A stretch of 57,901 nt of DNA, the filler included, from Sphacelaria rigidula (taxonomy: Eukaryota): assembly GCA_964200075.2 (NCBI GenBank). It is 7 parts of 7 records of this genome, joined end to end, with 100 filler letters (N's around TTAATTAATTAA, not from the genome) between each part and the next. Parts side by side here need not be neighbours in the genome. Positions count along the whole stretch, not along the records: positions 1 to 8,188 come from CAXNAA020011981.1; positions 8,289 to 16,475 come from CAXNAA020011982.1; 5 more parts are not named here. One strand, given 5' to 3'. The notes beneath the pieces were generated by a model. That model searched no databases, was not told the origin of the DNA, and was given only the letters and a program-made list of their open reading frames with translations. Below are positions 1 to 12,446 of this stretch, piece by piece. Position numbers and translations under genes: made by a program. Numbering within the stretch: the stretch's first letter is position 1; every line of letters begins with the position of its first letter.

Positions 1-346
1 TGTTCTTTGGTTAGGGGGTGCGGGGGGGGGGGGGGGGGGGGGGGGGTGGGGTGTGGGGTGGGGGGGGGGGGGGGGGGGGGGGGGGGCGATACGTTACAGT
101 AAACACTCGCCCCCCGGTGGTAGCCTCGTAGTCCCGAGTGTTTGATCGGCGTGTTGATAACTCTGCGTGTTCCTCGTTGCTCCGCCATTCCGTAGTATTA
201 GGAAAGATAGCAGCGGTACATGGGGCAGCGTTCGCGTGGACGTCTGTGGAGAATAGTTCGCCGGGACTTACATCCAACGGTTTGCTCGCTTATCCGTCGC
301 TATGTGCGTGCTCTCCGTCTTCCGTTGGTGCTACGCCTTCTCGCAG

Positions 347-450
347 TGATGTCAGATATGGAGGCAGCGCTGACGCAGGGTATACGGTGGCGCGTGTTCG
401 ATCTCCGGGTTAGTCCCGACAGGATATCATCGTGGAAAGGGCTTGCGCAG
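347..450 (+). CDS. CABIN1/HIR3-like histone chaperone subunit, internal exon (partial gene)
   Basis: Acceptor ttctcgcag| and donor |gtacac. Encodes (V)MSDMEAALTQGIRWRVFDLRVSPDRISSWKGLAQ. DLxxxPxRxxSW resembles the CABIN1/HIR3 motif as I recall it (no database search run). Phase 0 junction to the next exon. Confidence 0.65.
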
Positions 451-1092
451 GTACACACGAAAGTCCATGCACTGAGGCACTCGATATAGGTGTTCCCTGG
501 GGTCGTTAGAGAGTTTCAGCACTTGCTTAGGTCCCTTGTATTGACTGTTTTTTTCCCCTCCGTCCTTGTTGTCGCTGGCGATTTCTTCAGCTCGTGCTAA
601 TGGCCACTAGCTGACCGATCAAATGCTACCTTAAACGCGCCCCGTTCACCCTTTGTTTATCCCTCGTGAATGCTGTCACAGCCATTTGCCGCATCGCTTC
701 CAAGTGTGCACGATACCTGAATTAATTAAGCGAAGTTGTCCGACAACGTGCGCCGTGCTGTGCCAAAAAGACACGCCTACTCTTCGACATTCCAACAGGT
801 TTCTACCGCGATGGTTGTCAATCCATGTGCCAATATGTCGTTGTGCAAGTTGATCTTTGCACACCAAATCTCCCGCAAGTAGATCTCTGAATGGTTCATG
901 ATCAGTGGAATATGCTGCTTCTTTGTGAAGAAGGATCTGATGCCGTCCATACCATACGCCTGCAGCCTGTTACCAGTTGCAAACGCCAAAGGTATGGAAC
1001 CACGATTACCTCGGCCGCCTCTCACCCGATCTCAACCACAACTGTCGTTCCTTCCTGATTACCCAATGACGTCCCACTTTCCCATCCCCCAG

Positions 1093-2205
1093 TGCGCAGC
1101 GCGACTGGTTGCGATTTACCTGGACGCGTTTACTCCTGCTTGCCACCGGCTAGAGCTCCCCCAAGCAGCTACCGTGAAACCTGCTGCCACCACAGTGGAA
1201 CGGCCTGCCCACAGCAACCCTGAGGACTGTGTTGATGGTCTCCTGCCAGCTGAACAGCATGAGAAAATTCAGCAAAATAAGCTTCTTACAGACTCAACAC
1301 GGGCAGCCAGTCCGGCGGTGGGGGGGGTGGCGGTTGCTCCTGCATCAGCACACAGCAGCTACGCTGCCAACTCCGATGGCATGGAGAGTGGCAACATCAC
1401 GACCGGAAGCGATCGGAAGATACCAACCACCACGTCAGTGCGTCCCGCGGCTGTCGCCTTACCCTCTATTGCTTCCAACAGTGACACCGCAAGCGCCATG
1501 GAGATTGAGGGGGTAGCTAAAGCACCGGGGTTCGTCGTCGCCCACACCGGAGGCGATCTTCCCGCAGATGTAGATGATGGTCGTAGCTCCCATCTTTGTC
1601 CAGGTACAACGGCGCTGCCCGGATCGGGCTCTCAGGGGGTGTCGTCGTCGTTAGTGGTACAGTCCGAAACGCACACAAGTGCTGACAGCAGTAGCAGCTT
1701 ACGCCAGCTCACGACAGCTGCCAATAGAGTTATTGAAGAAACCAGCAGGGAGCCTACTGGTGGCGCTACTATTCCTGCAAGCCTTAGCGCGTCTCGAAAA
1801 GGCATAGAGCTAACTCCTGGGCGAGATTTCACAGACGCAGAAATGCAGCACAAACCTGAAGAGGTAGACTGCAGCGTCGTTGGCGCGCAGCCTGCCGCAA
1901 CCGCCGCCAACCAGATCGCTGGACCCCTTCCTCGCCTGGAGCGTGGGGCTTTCGAAGAAATTTCTCTCAATGAGCACGCGGACAACGTGCTCGGGCTGAG
2001 AGCCACACCGGGTCCCGACCTCTCTCCGTTTTTCAACGGCACGGCGCTGGACTCTCATGCCGCTAGGGCGGGCGTTGTGGTTCGGGATGGGGGATGGGGT
2101 GCAATTGGGGTCGGCAGCAGGGTGGCGTCTATTGCGGAGGGACTTCGACGTGCGGGGACCGAAGGGCGGGCTCGAACGGAGGAGGAGGGTGCTACTCTCA
2201 TGGCG
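1093..2205 (+). CDS. CABIN1/HIR3-like, large low-complexity exon
   Basis: Lies in ORF 898..2262. Acceptor ccccag|TGC and donor GCG|gtaggg, both phase 0. Starts CAARLVAIYLD, followed by an A/S/T/P-rich disordered stretch. Confidence 0.65.
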
Positions 2206-2629
2206 GTAGGGGCTCGCGTCTTGGACGGGAGTGCGACAAAGGAGGCGAGAGTTTGTACATGAGTTGTGTTTGCCAGTGTTGTTGGTACATGATACTCGTA
2301 CGCAGGCACGTTCTTGTCTCCACGAGTTTCACGTCGACGGGCGTATTGTTGGTTTACACTTGATGGTCGAATATTGATGGTCTCGCTTTAATGACTGTAT
2401 CCAAGAGCATACCGACGTCCGGACTCTGAGCCGAGAGAGGGGTGCACTATATATATCGAAGTCTATGTCTTCGTTAGTGTGATGCGGGGAGGGGGGGAAG
2501 GAAAGGCCTTACATTGCTCAACATGAAGTACGGCATTTACAATCCCTCCATGAGCAGATGATGTAGCTCACTGAACATCCCGGCTAGCCACTAAATATCC
2601 CTGTGACGTCAACGTTCTCTGTCTCGCAG

Positions 2630-2824
2630 GAGTGGGACGCCTGCCTCGGACATGCGTCCATTACGGCTGCCGCAACCATTGCCGAACGAAGTTTCGCCGT
2701 TTGGAGGACGCTAGCCGAAGCTCGATTGGCTCGGTGTCGTCAGAGCGACAGCCCCCAGGTGGTCAGTGGTGCAAAAGACGAACGAGAAGAGGAGGCAGTA
2801 GTGGAATTGGCGGAGTGCTGCGAG
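2630..2824 (+). CDS. CABIN1/HIR3-like, internal exon
   Basis: Acceptor ctctgtctcgcag|GAG and donor GAG|gtaaga, phase 0/0. Encodes EWDACLGHASITAAATIAERSFAVWRTLAEARLARC...VELAECCE. Confidence 0.7.
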
Positions 2825-3205
2825 GTAAGATGAAAGTTGGGAAGGGAAAGAGAGCGGGAGCATAATGAGATGGCTCCTGGGCTTGGTATTTGTCTGTTTC
2901 ACGCGTGAATAGAGGGTTTATGATCGGAGCAATGACGAGATGATAATCTTGGATTCAGTCGGGGAGGTGATTGACTGTTTTGAGACGTTTATCATGTCTT
3001 TGCCATCGGCAGCGCCTTCAGACGACGATCAGGCACTCTCTGAACGCATGGGGGTAGGTGGCGCATTAAGGGTGTGCCTGAACATGCTAAAAGCAGCAGA
3101 TTGACCTCCGGAACATATTTCTATGCAGGGAAGCTTTTCGCTTACGGTCTCCTACGCCCCTGTCCCACCGCCCACCCGCCTCTCCCACATTTGGCTTGAA
3201 ACCAG

Positions 3206-3967
3206 GAGGAGGCGTTTATGACGTACATGATTGCACGCGACGTTTGGGCGCGAGACGACGACAAGGATGATAAGACAACAAAGGTACGGACTGCAACTAG
3301 CACCGACAGCACTGACAACAACAGTGACTTGACAAATCCCGCCGGACCGGCCACAACCCCGGCGGGGCTGGAGACCGGCGCGCGACGACTCCTCCTAGAC
3401 AAATCGCTTGCACTGTTGCGAAGAGCGAGATACCTGAGAACAACCGACGGGCAGGGGTCGCCGTCGCCTCGTGGCGGGTTTTCTTCTCCTCGCAGCAGCC
3501 GACGTCGTCGCCGTCGCCGGCGTCGGTCGAGCCCCGATTCGAGCGATGTGGAGTCACGTCGCGAGCGGGGTCGTTCCGGGGGAGGTGCCAGCTCGGCAGA
3601 TATTAGCGGCCACGGGGGGACAATCGATAAAGAAAAGGGTAAAGATTCGGAAGAGGGGGGGGACTTGAAACGACGAAAAGTAGAGTCAGCTCTTCCACAG
3701 GACCTGCAGCTTACGGGTCTTGTTTTGAGTCCGGAGAAGAAAATAGATGGGGGTTGTAGGGCGGGGGAGGCGACACAACGTGATCGGCGCATCCTGGATA
3801 GGAGAGATGGGGAGGGAAAGGGGCTAGCAGGTCGGCAGGGAGAAAGCGAGGAGGACGATCCACTCCCGTGGCAAGTACCATTCGTGATGGGAAGGCTGTG
3901 TGCGCGCCTCGGCCGACATCCCATGATGGTACTGGACAACCTGTCGCACGCGTTGCGTCTTGCCAAG
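3206..3967 (+). CDS. CABIN1/HIR3-like, internal exon with TPR-like helix
   Basis: Acceptor aaaccag|GAG and donor AAG|gtgaac, phase 0/0, in ORF 3218..4174. Ends PWQVPFVMGRLCARLGRHPMMVLDNLSHALRLAK, resembling the CABIN1 W-x3-(F/Y)-x-(M/L)GK-x2-K-LG helix. Contains an Arg-rich NLS-like tract. Confidence 0.7.
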
Positions 3968-4301
3968 GTGAACGGAAGACCAGAAAATGCCGATGAATTT
4001 TACATGCTAAGGGCCATTTGGCGACCTAGCGAGAAAATTTACTCGTCCAAACTCAGACATATTTGGTTTCCGCCGAAATATTTCAGGTGTTCCTTGACCA
4101 TCGATTGTGCACCGCCAGCCCAGAGACCTAACCGGGCAAGTATTGTGGTCTGTCTCTACAGTCGGACATTTTAGGTTCCCAATTTTTTGTTCAAAGGAGG
4201 CTTTCATCGTTGAGGGGCGCGTCGCTATTTTCGTCCCGGTCGCTCGTTTGTTCGTTACATATTTATATTGTTTTCAGTATACCGCGGTCGTTTTGAAACA
4301 T

Positions 4302-4662
4302 GTGTGTTTTGTTGTTGTGTGTTGTCGTCCCATCTATTCTGGGCGGCGGTCTACACCTTCGGGATATGTGGGCGCACCAGCCGGGGTCACACAGGAAGAG
4401 GGCCAACACATTTTTTTTTTTTTCGTTTGCTTTAGTTCTCCACCTTCCTTTTGCGATACTTGCCTTTGTTTTTTATCACAAGAAGGATTCAGCAGTCCCT
4501 TTCCCTCGTCGACCATCGAGTCGAATTTTGTGTACCAACGACATAGTCGCTCTCCACTGTTGAGCATTGTGTGAGAAAAAATCCCACATCGCTGCGAGAT
4601 TTGAACCCACGACCCAACCGTGAGAAGGTTTTGAGGTTAGCAACTGAGCCACCGAAGCGACC
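4302..4662 (-). mobile_element. tRNA-derived SINE, full-length copy with TSD
   Basis: Minus-strand head GGTCGCTTCGGTGGCTCAGTTGC (A box)...GGGTTCAAATC (B box), CA-rich tail. Direct repeat TTTGAAACAT at 4292-4301 and 4663-4672. Homologous over its length to 12877-13222. Confidence 0.85.
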
Positions 4663-7600
4663 TTTGAAACATATGGGTCTTGAAATGTTAGCATGCAATT
4701 TGAGCATTTTTAATGTTCAAGTATGGCCCTAGCTCAAGGCTTCCCCCCCCCCCCGTGTACTGTTCTATACTGTACCCTACGCATTGCACATTTATCGGTC
4801 AAGAATATTTATCTCTACACACACGCATGTACTTGTCTAAATCTCACTCGATAAAATGACAAAATACTTCGGGATCAGCGAAGCTGTGAAGCTGCAACCG
4901 CGGCGATGAGCTGACTCGAATCTGCAACCTCTCGCAAAGGGGAGCTCGTCGGGTTCAGGGTAGGAGGAGGGGTACTGAGCTCGGTGGTGGCTTGCTGTAC
5001 TGTCTACTGTCATACAGTCTGACACTGGACTGCCTGTATGTACACCACATCAAGGTCGAGGTGGAAGGTTTTCACATACTGGACAATGGACAACATTGGC
5101 GGAAAGTGCAGTGCGTACAGTATCGCATCTATTATCTTTTGCAATAGACAATGGACTCGAAACTGTGCGCAGTACACTTTTAACCTGTAAAATATCGTCG
5201 TTGTCAAGGGTGTGAAGAGTTCTGCCGTCAAACTCGCACGGCGAACCTGAGATGGTAGGGGAAGCAAAACTCCGGGGTAGACAAAGCTGCGAAGCCATAA
5301 TTGCGGCGTTGAGCTGGTTTGACTCTGCAAATCCTGCTGCCCAAAGATGGGCTGGTGGCGCTCAAAGTTGGGGAACGGGGCACTGAGCTTTGTGGCGGCT
5401 CGCTGTACTGTCTAGTGTCCTCCCGTATTATACTGTACTGTGTGCACACGGCAACATCTCGAGGTCAAGAGTGTTGCGACCAAACACAAACCAGCTCGAA
5501 ACCTGAGTTGACACGATATCCACACTATTTTAAGTGGCGAACTTGCGAAGTTGAAGTTTCGTCGGTGAGCTGGTTTGTACAAACCCTACGATATAAGTTG
5601 CCCAAACTGGAGCTTGCGGCACCGAAGTTGGGGGGCGAGCACTGCGCCCGTCGTGGCTCGCTGTGCTGTGTTGTCCTGCAGCCAGCACAACACGGTGCAG
5701 CGGCTCCTTCCCGCGAAGATTCCCGCGTGCAGGAGGCATCATGAGTCGATTCACCTGTTAGCGGCGTAGCGTCAAGATGTGACATTAAGCACACGAACCC
5801 CACCATGAGCATTTGTAGAAATCCCCATGAGTCAGGCAACAGGAGCACACACGAAGAGAGCCGCTCGTTCCACAGAGGCCAAATCCTCGGATCTAACCTA
5901 TGCGGCACAGCCGCTGCGACAGGGTGCAACAGCAATAACAATTGGCTCGGATTCCAGGGACGTCAGAGATGCAGGATTGAAGCCTAGCGATAGACCCTGC
6001 AGGGGGGCAGCACCCATCATCTGTCTCTAGCTAGATTCGTTGGCATGAGTGGAGTAGTGGCGTCAAGCACAGGCGAGGCGCGGCGAGGCCGTTTTCCCGC
6101 TTGAGCATGATGATCTTTGTGGGTTCTGGTGAAAAAAAGCTGCGGGCTACAGTCTCGCTGAAGGACAGCCACGACCTATCCCACGCGACTCCCGCACCGA
6201 TGACAGTGAAATTTTCGTGCCGGGCGATTCCTCGCGTATCTCGTCGCGATGCATACTTTCGTGGAGCACACTGATGGACAACCGGGACATATTCCGTATG
6301 ACATCTGTACTAGCGCTGGGGGAAGTCTCCTGTCGGGGGGGCACTGACTGCATCGCTCACGACGATGCGTACTTTCGTGGAGCGAGGCTTGTAGAAGAGT
6401 GTGAAGCACTCGATATGAGCACATCCTCCACGGGAAGTGAAGGCTCGATCGGCTGGGCTGGGCTGTCACCCTGGCCGCACACAAGTTGGACGATGGTCCC
6501 CTCGAATATGTCACCCGTTGGTGGGAAACAGATCCATCCTCGCAGTGGTTGCGTCATGAGCTTGTCGTCGATGAAGGACGTCGCCAACAGCAATAGCACG
6601 GATGCCACGGACACTTCGGCCGTCAGGGGATGAAGGGCGGGCATGCTGTGCCGAGCAGAGTGTACCGTGATCGCTTCGTCAACTCGATGATCGGCGCCTC
6701 GTAACGACCAATGGAGTCGTCGGAGACTAACATTGCGCGTCCGTGGCGAGTGCCGTCGACTGTGCGATGAGGACACTCCGCAGGTGCGATGTAATGAATG
6801 GGCTATGTGGTTGCCATCGATGCGACGAGACAGTACGCTACATACTTCAAAGTATAGTTACATAAGAAGCCATGTCAAGTTTTCTGAGCGCCGGATGGAC
6901 ACGAAGTCTTAGAAGTCATTTTCCAAGTGAACATGATGTCAATTCCACCGATGGACGCACTCAGGCGCCGTAAGGTTTAAAGCAATTCGGTTCACATGAA
7001 CGCCTTCTTCGTCGTCTTCTTCTTCTCCTTCTTCTCCATTGTTTCCGCACAGTAGCCCGATTTCTCAAACCCGTGTGCGCAGACGTAGGCTCTCCTCTCC
7101 AGTGCCTACAGCTACTATTACTCACGTTAAACTTCAAAAGAAACGCCCATTACGAACAAAACTCTCCGCTGGGAGAATGCAGTGCACAGAGGTAACGCAC
7201 TCAGCGCAAAAGACCGGCCGATGTAATGAATACTCGGCATAATTTGCAATGACTGTACGAGCCACCTTGTCGCGCCATGTTCTCATGATTAAAAAAAACA
7301 AATCTGCACCGTTTGCTTGGCCATGCCAACAGGCTGCTGCACGCTTATTGGCCAGAATGCATGTGCAATTCCTCTGTGCCATAAGTGGAGTCTTGTACGG
7401 GATGCATATCGCACCTTCCCAACGGACGTACCGACGATGGGTAGTTAGGCTTGAAAGGATAACATCAGTAAGATGGCCATTGGTGAAACAAAATCCGAGC
7501 CAAACTTACTGAGAAAGTTTGGGTCGACATTGGGAAGTTGTTCGGGAATCAGTGTGGAGCATACCAGGGTATCAGCGCGGCAGAGAGCAGGGACGTTGGA

Positions 7601-8128
7601 AAGGGTGGTGAAATACGATCAGGAGGCCTTCATTGAGACCTGGGACTATCTAGAATCAAGTTCCAGTGATGGCGAGGACGTCTGTCATTGTCCTTTCTTG
7701 GTCCTCCCCCCCCCCCCCCCCCGAAGAGGGGCGAAATACTGCCGTTTCCGGGCCGACGGATTCTTTTTCGCCCTTTGGCCCATGCAAGGTAATGCGCGAA
7801 AAAAAAAGATTCAACGGGAAGAAACGCCGAAGATTACCCTGTAACTATCGCGGGTCCCTTTCTTTCATACGTCCATCGGTACATGCTGCGCCTCCTTACG
7901 CCGTATTTGCCGCTTTCTCGTCTGCACGCCGCACCCTTCTACAGGTATCGATATTTCGCCCACTGCTCGCCGCCGACCTGCGCCTCCGTGATGGCAGCAG
8001 CACAAACGTATACCACCCGTTCTGCCATCACCGCCTCGGATCGTGAATCGCCGCGTCGAATCGTCTGAGCGTACTTCTTGTTCCTTCTGAAGGGATAGCT
8101 TTATTTGTCGTACACCCCTTCAAGTTAT

Positions 8129-8167
<39 letters not shown>

Positions 8168-8188
8168 CGCCGCGCGCCCTCGGTGCCC

Positions 8189-8288
8189 NNNNNNNNNNNN
8201 NNNNNNNNNNNNNNNNNNNNNNNNNNNNNNNNTTAATTAATTAANNNNNNNNNNNNNNNNNNNNNNNNNNNNNNNNNNNNNNNNNNNN
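8189..8288. other. Artificial contig spacer N44-TTAATTAATTAA-N44
   Basis: Identical 100-bp spacer with stop codons in all six frames; six copies in the window. Confidence 0.97.
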
Positions 8289-8441
8289 CCGTCTCGAAAG
8301 GGATGCGTGGTCAGTGGTCAAACGACTAAGGCAAGCAACAAATGAGTACGCCCCCGCCCCTGGTCTGATGACTATGGCATGCATGACCATGAGTACACCT
8401 CCCCTCCCCTCCTCTCCATCCTGTCGACGTCTCAAACTTAC

Positions 8442-8565
8442 CCGGTGAGCTCTCGCTTGGTGGCCGCATCTTGGGTGCTGCGAACTTCAATCTCCATCTG
8501 CTTCAGCAGGTCACCCGCTTGACCCAACAGCGCATCCACGTGCCTCAGCTGCGTTCGCTTCTTGG
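8442..8565 (-). CDS. VTI1: VTI1-type Qb-SNARE, N-terminal Habc-domain exon (partial)
   Basis: Minus-strand acceptor ttcctcggtacag| and donor |gtaagt. Encodes KKRTQLRHVDALLGQAGDLLKQMEIEVRSTQDAATKRELT, matching the VTI1 A-x-x-LL-x-QM-E/D-L/I-E-x-R motif. Confidence 0.75.
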
Positions 8566-10995
8566 CTGTACCGAGGAAAAACAAGAAGATAAACGGAGGG
8601 TTTACGATTGAAATCTTAGGCCTTCTCGCCAATTTGTGGAACACAGATGCTGCTGTAAATCGGCAGGTTTTTTTTTTAGACGATCGATCGACTGCACCAT
8701 CGCAACGACCGCGGCATATTGTAAATGTACATCTCGCCTAATTGCGTGGTGTCCTGTGTAATGATGGTACTGCGACGAGCTCCAGGGGAGGTGCTGGCGC
8801 GGGATTAACACCTTAGCCGGGGGAGAATTGCCACCCACATAGAAGACCTACCCGCCGTGCTTAGTTCACTTTGAGACATCTCACCCTTCGCGCATCAATG
8901 AGCATCGGCGAAAAATATAGATCGCGGTCGTGCGTTGCTGCCTTGGTCAAGTGCTCAGAAAAACCCGGCCTCGATTACCGCGACTCCGCAGCAACGTCGG
9001 ACGGAGTTAACCGCATCCGTGCGGTATCACGATCTAAGTAACGACAGGGGCTGGTAAGTAATCTCCCAGGAGCCATACTTCCACCCTCGGTGTTCTTGGG
9101 CAAACTACGAATTTCACAGTTGTTGCTAGGCCAGCTACTGTACGGATTTATCACGGTCAAGGCAGCGCCCACGCTTCACTCAACCCTTTTTGGACCGACT
9201 CCCCAACTAACACGGGGTTGACCATGAGTTGGTAAAATTAATAAAAAAAAAGTCAGGGAGCGACCAGCCCAATCACGGCGAGGCTATATTTATCGTCCAG
9301 ACCCGAAGGACCAACGCGGGGATTTTTACCGAATTTGATGTCACTGCCAAGATCGTGTGGGGGTCCTGTCCCTGGCCCAGATATATAACACCTCCCCGGG
9401 TATCCAAAGCCAGGATGGTCGGGGAACGATTTCTCGCTTTACTCACATTCAGTATAGCGCTCCCGTGATTTCCCGGGTGTTTTTTTGGGTCGCCAGTGTA
9501 CACTAAAACGTAGTAATTACACCAACACACGATTGGGGAGAAACGTCGAGAAAAAGCGTACATGCCAGATTGTGGTCATTTTCACGAGGACATTAGACCC
9601 AGCTGGGCCGTGGAACGAGAGAGGAGCAATAATCATGAGTTCCGCCTATCCCTTTGCCGATGCCTTGCAGAACACAGTACATATATATGTTGTGGGCGGG
9701 GACGAAAAAGCTGTGTATAGACAGCTAATCTTCGTAGGTGAGGATTGCCCAGACCGTGTAAAGGAGTATGCAGCGGCAGTTGCTGCTGCAAGTCATAGAG
9801 GCGTACTGCACTGTATGCGCGCCGCAACGCTTATGCCCTTCGAAGCCCTTTGAAGAGAATTTGCCGCTTGGAACAAAGAGGGAAATCGCGGCCCACCCCG
9901 ACCACAAAGGGCTATGTGGCAAGGTGATGGAGACAATAATATAATCCAAAGCCACAAGTGGCGGGCGGCCCGCCGGTCACCACATCCTACTGGAAGCTCT
10001 CCACGCCGACCCGCTTGATACATCTGTACATTATTGAATGCGCACGCCACCCGAATTACAGTTTGAACCTGCACCTGGTAATAGATTGGATGAAACCTTC
10101 GGTCTTCCTCCTAACCTTGCGGTTACATACGTGGAGTTTCAGCAACATGAAGCCACTGTTTCGTGGAGACGCCATACACGTCATTCCTAACCATCCTCAC
10201 TGGTCATTCAGGAGGCCCGGTCCCAAAAGGGTTAATTTTTGGTTCAGCAAGATACGCAGTTCTCACGATTCCTTCCACGCCAAATAAGGATTTCTCAACG
10301 CCCAGGAAAAACGCTGAAAAGCGGCTCAAGGAACGCCATTATTTTTCTTTACCTGGACCAAGGGGCCTTACACACTGGGATACGTTACGCAGGGCCTCGG
10401 ATTCCCGAAAACCTTATTCTTGGCGATCGGGAAGGTACCCTTTTTCGAGGGATGGGTAACCCCCCTGGTCAGATGGATAATGACGATAATAGGTACTGTA
10501 CTGTACAGTACGTGCATGAAGAGCTTTTCCCGGCTTGTGCCAGGCTTGTGCCAGGCTTGTGTGCAACTTGTGTATGGTACGGCTGCACGGCAGGTGGTGG
10601 GCATAGGTCGAGCCTTGGCTGAGCAACGTCGAGAAAAGTCGAGAACATGTCCGCAGATATAGGGAGTGGAAATGAAAGCGTTGGGGGCCCAGGCGCTGGA
10701 GGTGTCCCGACTCGACATCATGCGGCACGATACATGAAATCTGTTAAAAGTTCTGGGAACGGAGCCGTGGTTGTTGCAAGACCCGCATTTGTTGGGATAG
10801 GTTATGCCATCAGGGATAAGGAATACAGAACTGTAATTTGTTGACTACTTTCTTCAGCGACACTATCTTTTCGAGATTCGCATTCGTCTCCTCTACATGT
10901 GTCGCTGTGCAGTATACCGAACTTCAGAAATTGCCCTTTGACACAGCTGTCCGAACGCGTGCACTGCCTACGCGGGCACCAGGTGATCATCCTTG

Positions 10996-11260
10996 AATCC
11001 TGTATATTATTAGCCTAAATGATCCGCCGCTCGATACTGGAATCAAGTAAGCGTGTGATCCTTTTCGGAACAGTAGTTTACACTTCCCACCATAAGCACG
11101 CCGAAATATGGCCAGTAAGCAACGGGAAAATCCTATATATTGTTAGCCTAATGATCCGCCGCTCGATACTGGAATCAAGTAAGCGTGTGATCCTTCTCGG
11201 AACAGTAATTTACACTTCCCACCATAAGCACGCCGGAATATGGCCAGTAAGTAACGGGAA
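10996..11260. repeat. Tandem duplication, about 133-bp unit x2
   Basis: aatcct(g/a)tatatt...gatccgccgctcgatactggaatcaagtaagcgtgtgatcc...aacgggaa is repeated directly. It is followed by three GACTGCATC(C/G)GGAAAAAC-like units to about 11347. Confidence 0.9.
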
Positions 11261-11436
11261 AAACGGACGCGACTGCATCGGAAAAACTCCTTCATCCGTT
11301 CAGCGTCACTGCATCCGGAAAAACGGCCGTGACTGCATCGGGAAAACTCATTCGTTGTATACAATACGCCCTTGTGTCCAGGTGCCAACGTAACCTCTGC
11401 CGTTCAGGGAAACGATTAATTATGACGGGAAAACGG

Positions 11437-11674
11437 TTAACCCTTTGACCGCTTGGGTAGGTCACCTACTGAATCGGCGTCAATTTCACTTGAAAAAGTG
11501 TGTGATCCAGATGGACTCCACGCATCGCGGTGTAAGGGTTAGCGGTGTCGCGATCGGTGTAAGGGTTAACCCTTTGACCGCGAGGGTAGGTCACCTGCTG
11601 AATCAGCATCAATTTCACTTGAAACGCGTGTGCGTGGTCGAGATGGACTACCCGCATCGCGGTCTAAGGGTCAA
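11437..11674 (+). mobile_element. Two about 100-bp piggyBac-like MITEs in tandem
   Basis: Units have the form TTAA-CCCTTTGACCGC...GCGGT(G/C)TAAGGG-TTA(G)/TCAA, with a conserved core GAATCGGCATCAATTTCACTTGAAA. Confidence 0.7.
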
Positions 11675-11732
11675 TTACATACAGGCTGTCAATGCAGCTC
11701 GTGGTGATTCGTCTCTGCGTGTTTGCTGAGTG

Positions 11733-11971
11733 ATGCTACGGTAGGGGTGCACAAATATTTTCTGTTTGGAGCCCTTCATTTCATCCAAAACACGGCTTAT
11801 GAAATATGTGAGAGGACGCCAGGATTACTCTGTCAATGTGCTATAATAGGGATATCCCGAATAAAGTTGCAAACGGGGATGCCCTGACCCATATTCTTGT
11901 GCATCTAGAATCGTGAGGAGCCCCTGGACCAGACAAGATTTTGCGCAAAAAGTGCAGTCTTACCGTAGCAT
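11733..11971 (+). mobile_element. MITE with ATGCTACGGTAGGGGTGCAC TIR (subfamily 1)
   Basis: Ends ATGCTACGGTAGGGGTGCAC / GTGCAGTCTTACCGTAGCAT. Internal sequence homologous to 32698-32890 (inverted) and 42784-43035. Confidence 0.8.
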
Positions 11972-12144
11972 TGCTCTGCTCACCGTACTGCCTCGCTCCA
12001 TACTCCCTCGCAACACGCTCCCGGACGAGGCAATTTCCTTTTCGGCATAGATGATGTTGACTAAACACTAAGGTTTGATTTTGATTTGATAGTACGTATA
12101 CTTTCATGCGTTGTGTCACGTTAGCCGCAGGCAATCGTCGCTTC

Positions 12145-12446
12145 CCGAGTGATATATTCCATGCCGACTCTGTTGTCTGTGGGTGGATTCAAAATGTAGT
12201 TTGTTGGACGAGCGGGTCTACGCGCCAGTGTCCTGTGAAAATGGCTCTACTCTGACAGCAGGTTCTGTTAACCCTTAGGCCGCTGTGCGGGTAGTCCGAG
12301 TGATATATTCCGTGCCGACTCTGTTATCTGTGGGTGGATTCAAAATGTAGTTCGTTGGACGAGCGGGTCTACGCGTCAGTGTCCTGTGAAAATGGTTCTA
12401 CTCTGACAGCAGGTTCTCTTAACCCTTAGACCGCGGTGCGGGTAGT
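12145..12446. repeat. Tandem duplication, 151-bp unit x2, including the left end of a MITE
   Basis: ccgagtgatatattcc...tctgacagcaggttct.ttaacccttag.ccgc.gtgcgggtagt starts at both 12145 and 12296. Confidence 0.9.

Noticed and set aside
11..277. Poly-Pro/poly-Gly ORFs (also 33095-33286, 49368-49664, 52998-53433)
   Set aside because: They are translations of G/C homopolymers at contig ends.
3142..3966. 274-aa minus-strand ORF
   Set aside because: It is the antisense shadow of the GC-rich CABIN1-like exon.
9485..10460. Chain of plus-strand ORFs as a gene
   Set aside because: There are no recognisable motifs or consistent splice sites. It may be a decayed TE, but I cannot support a call.
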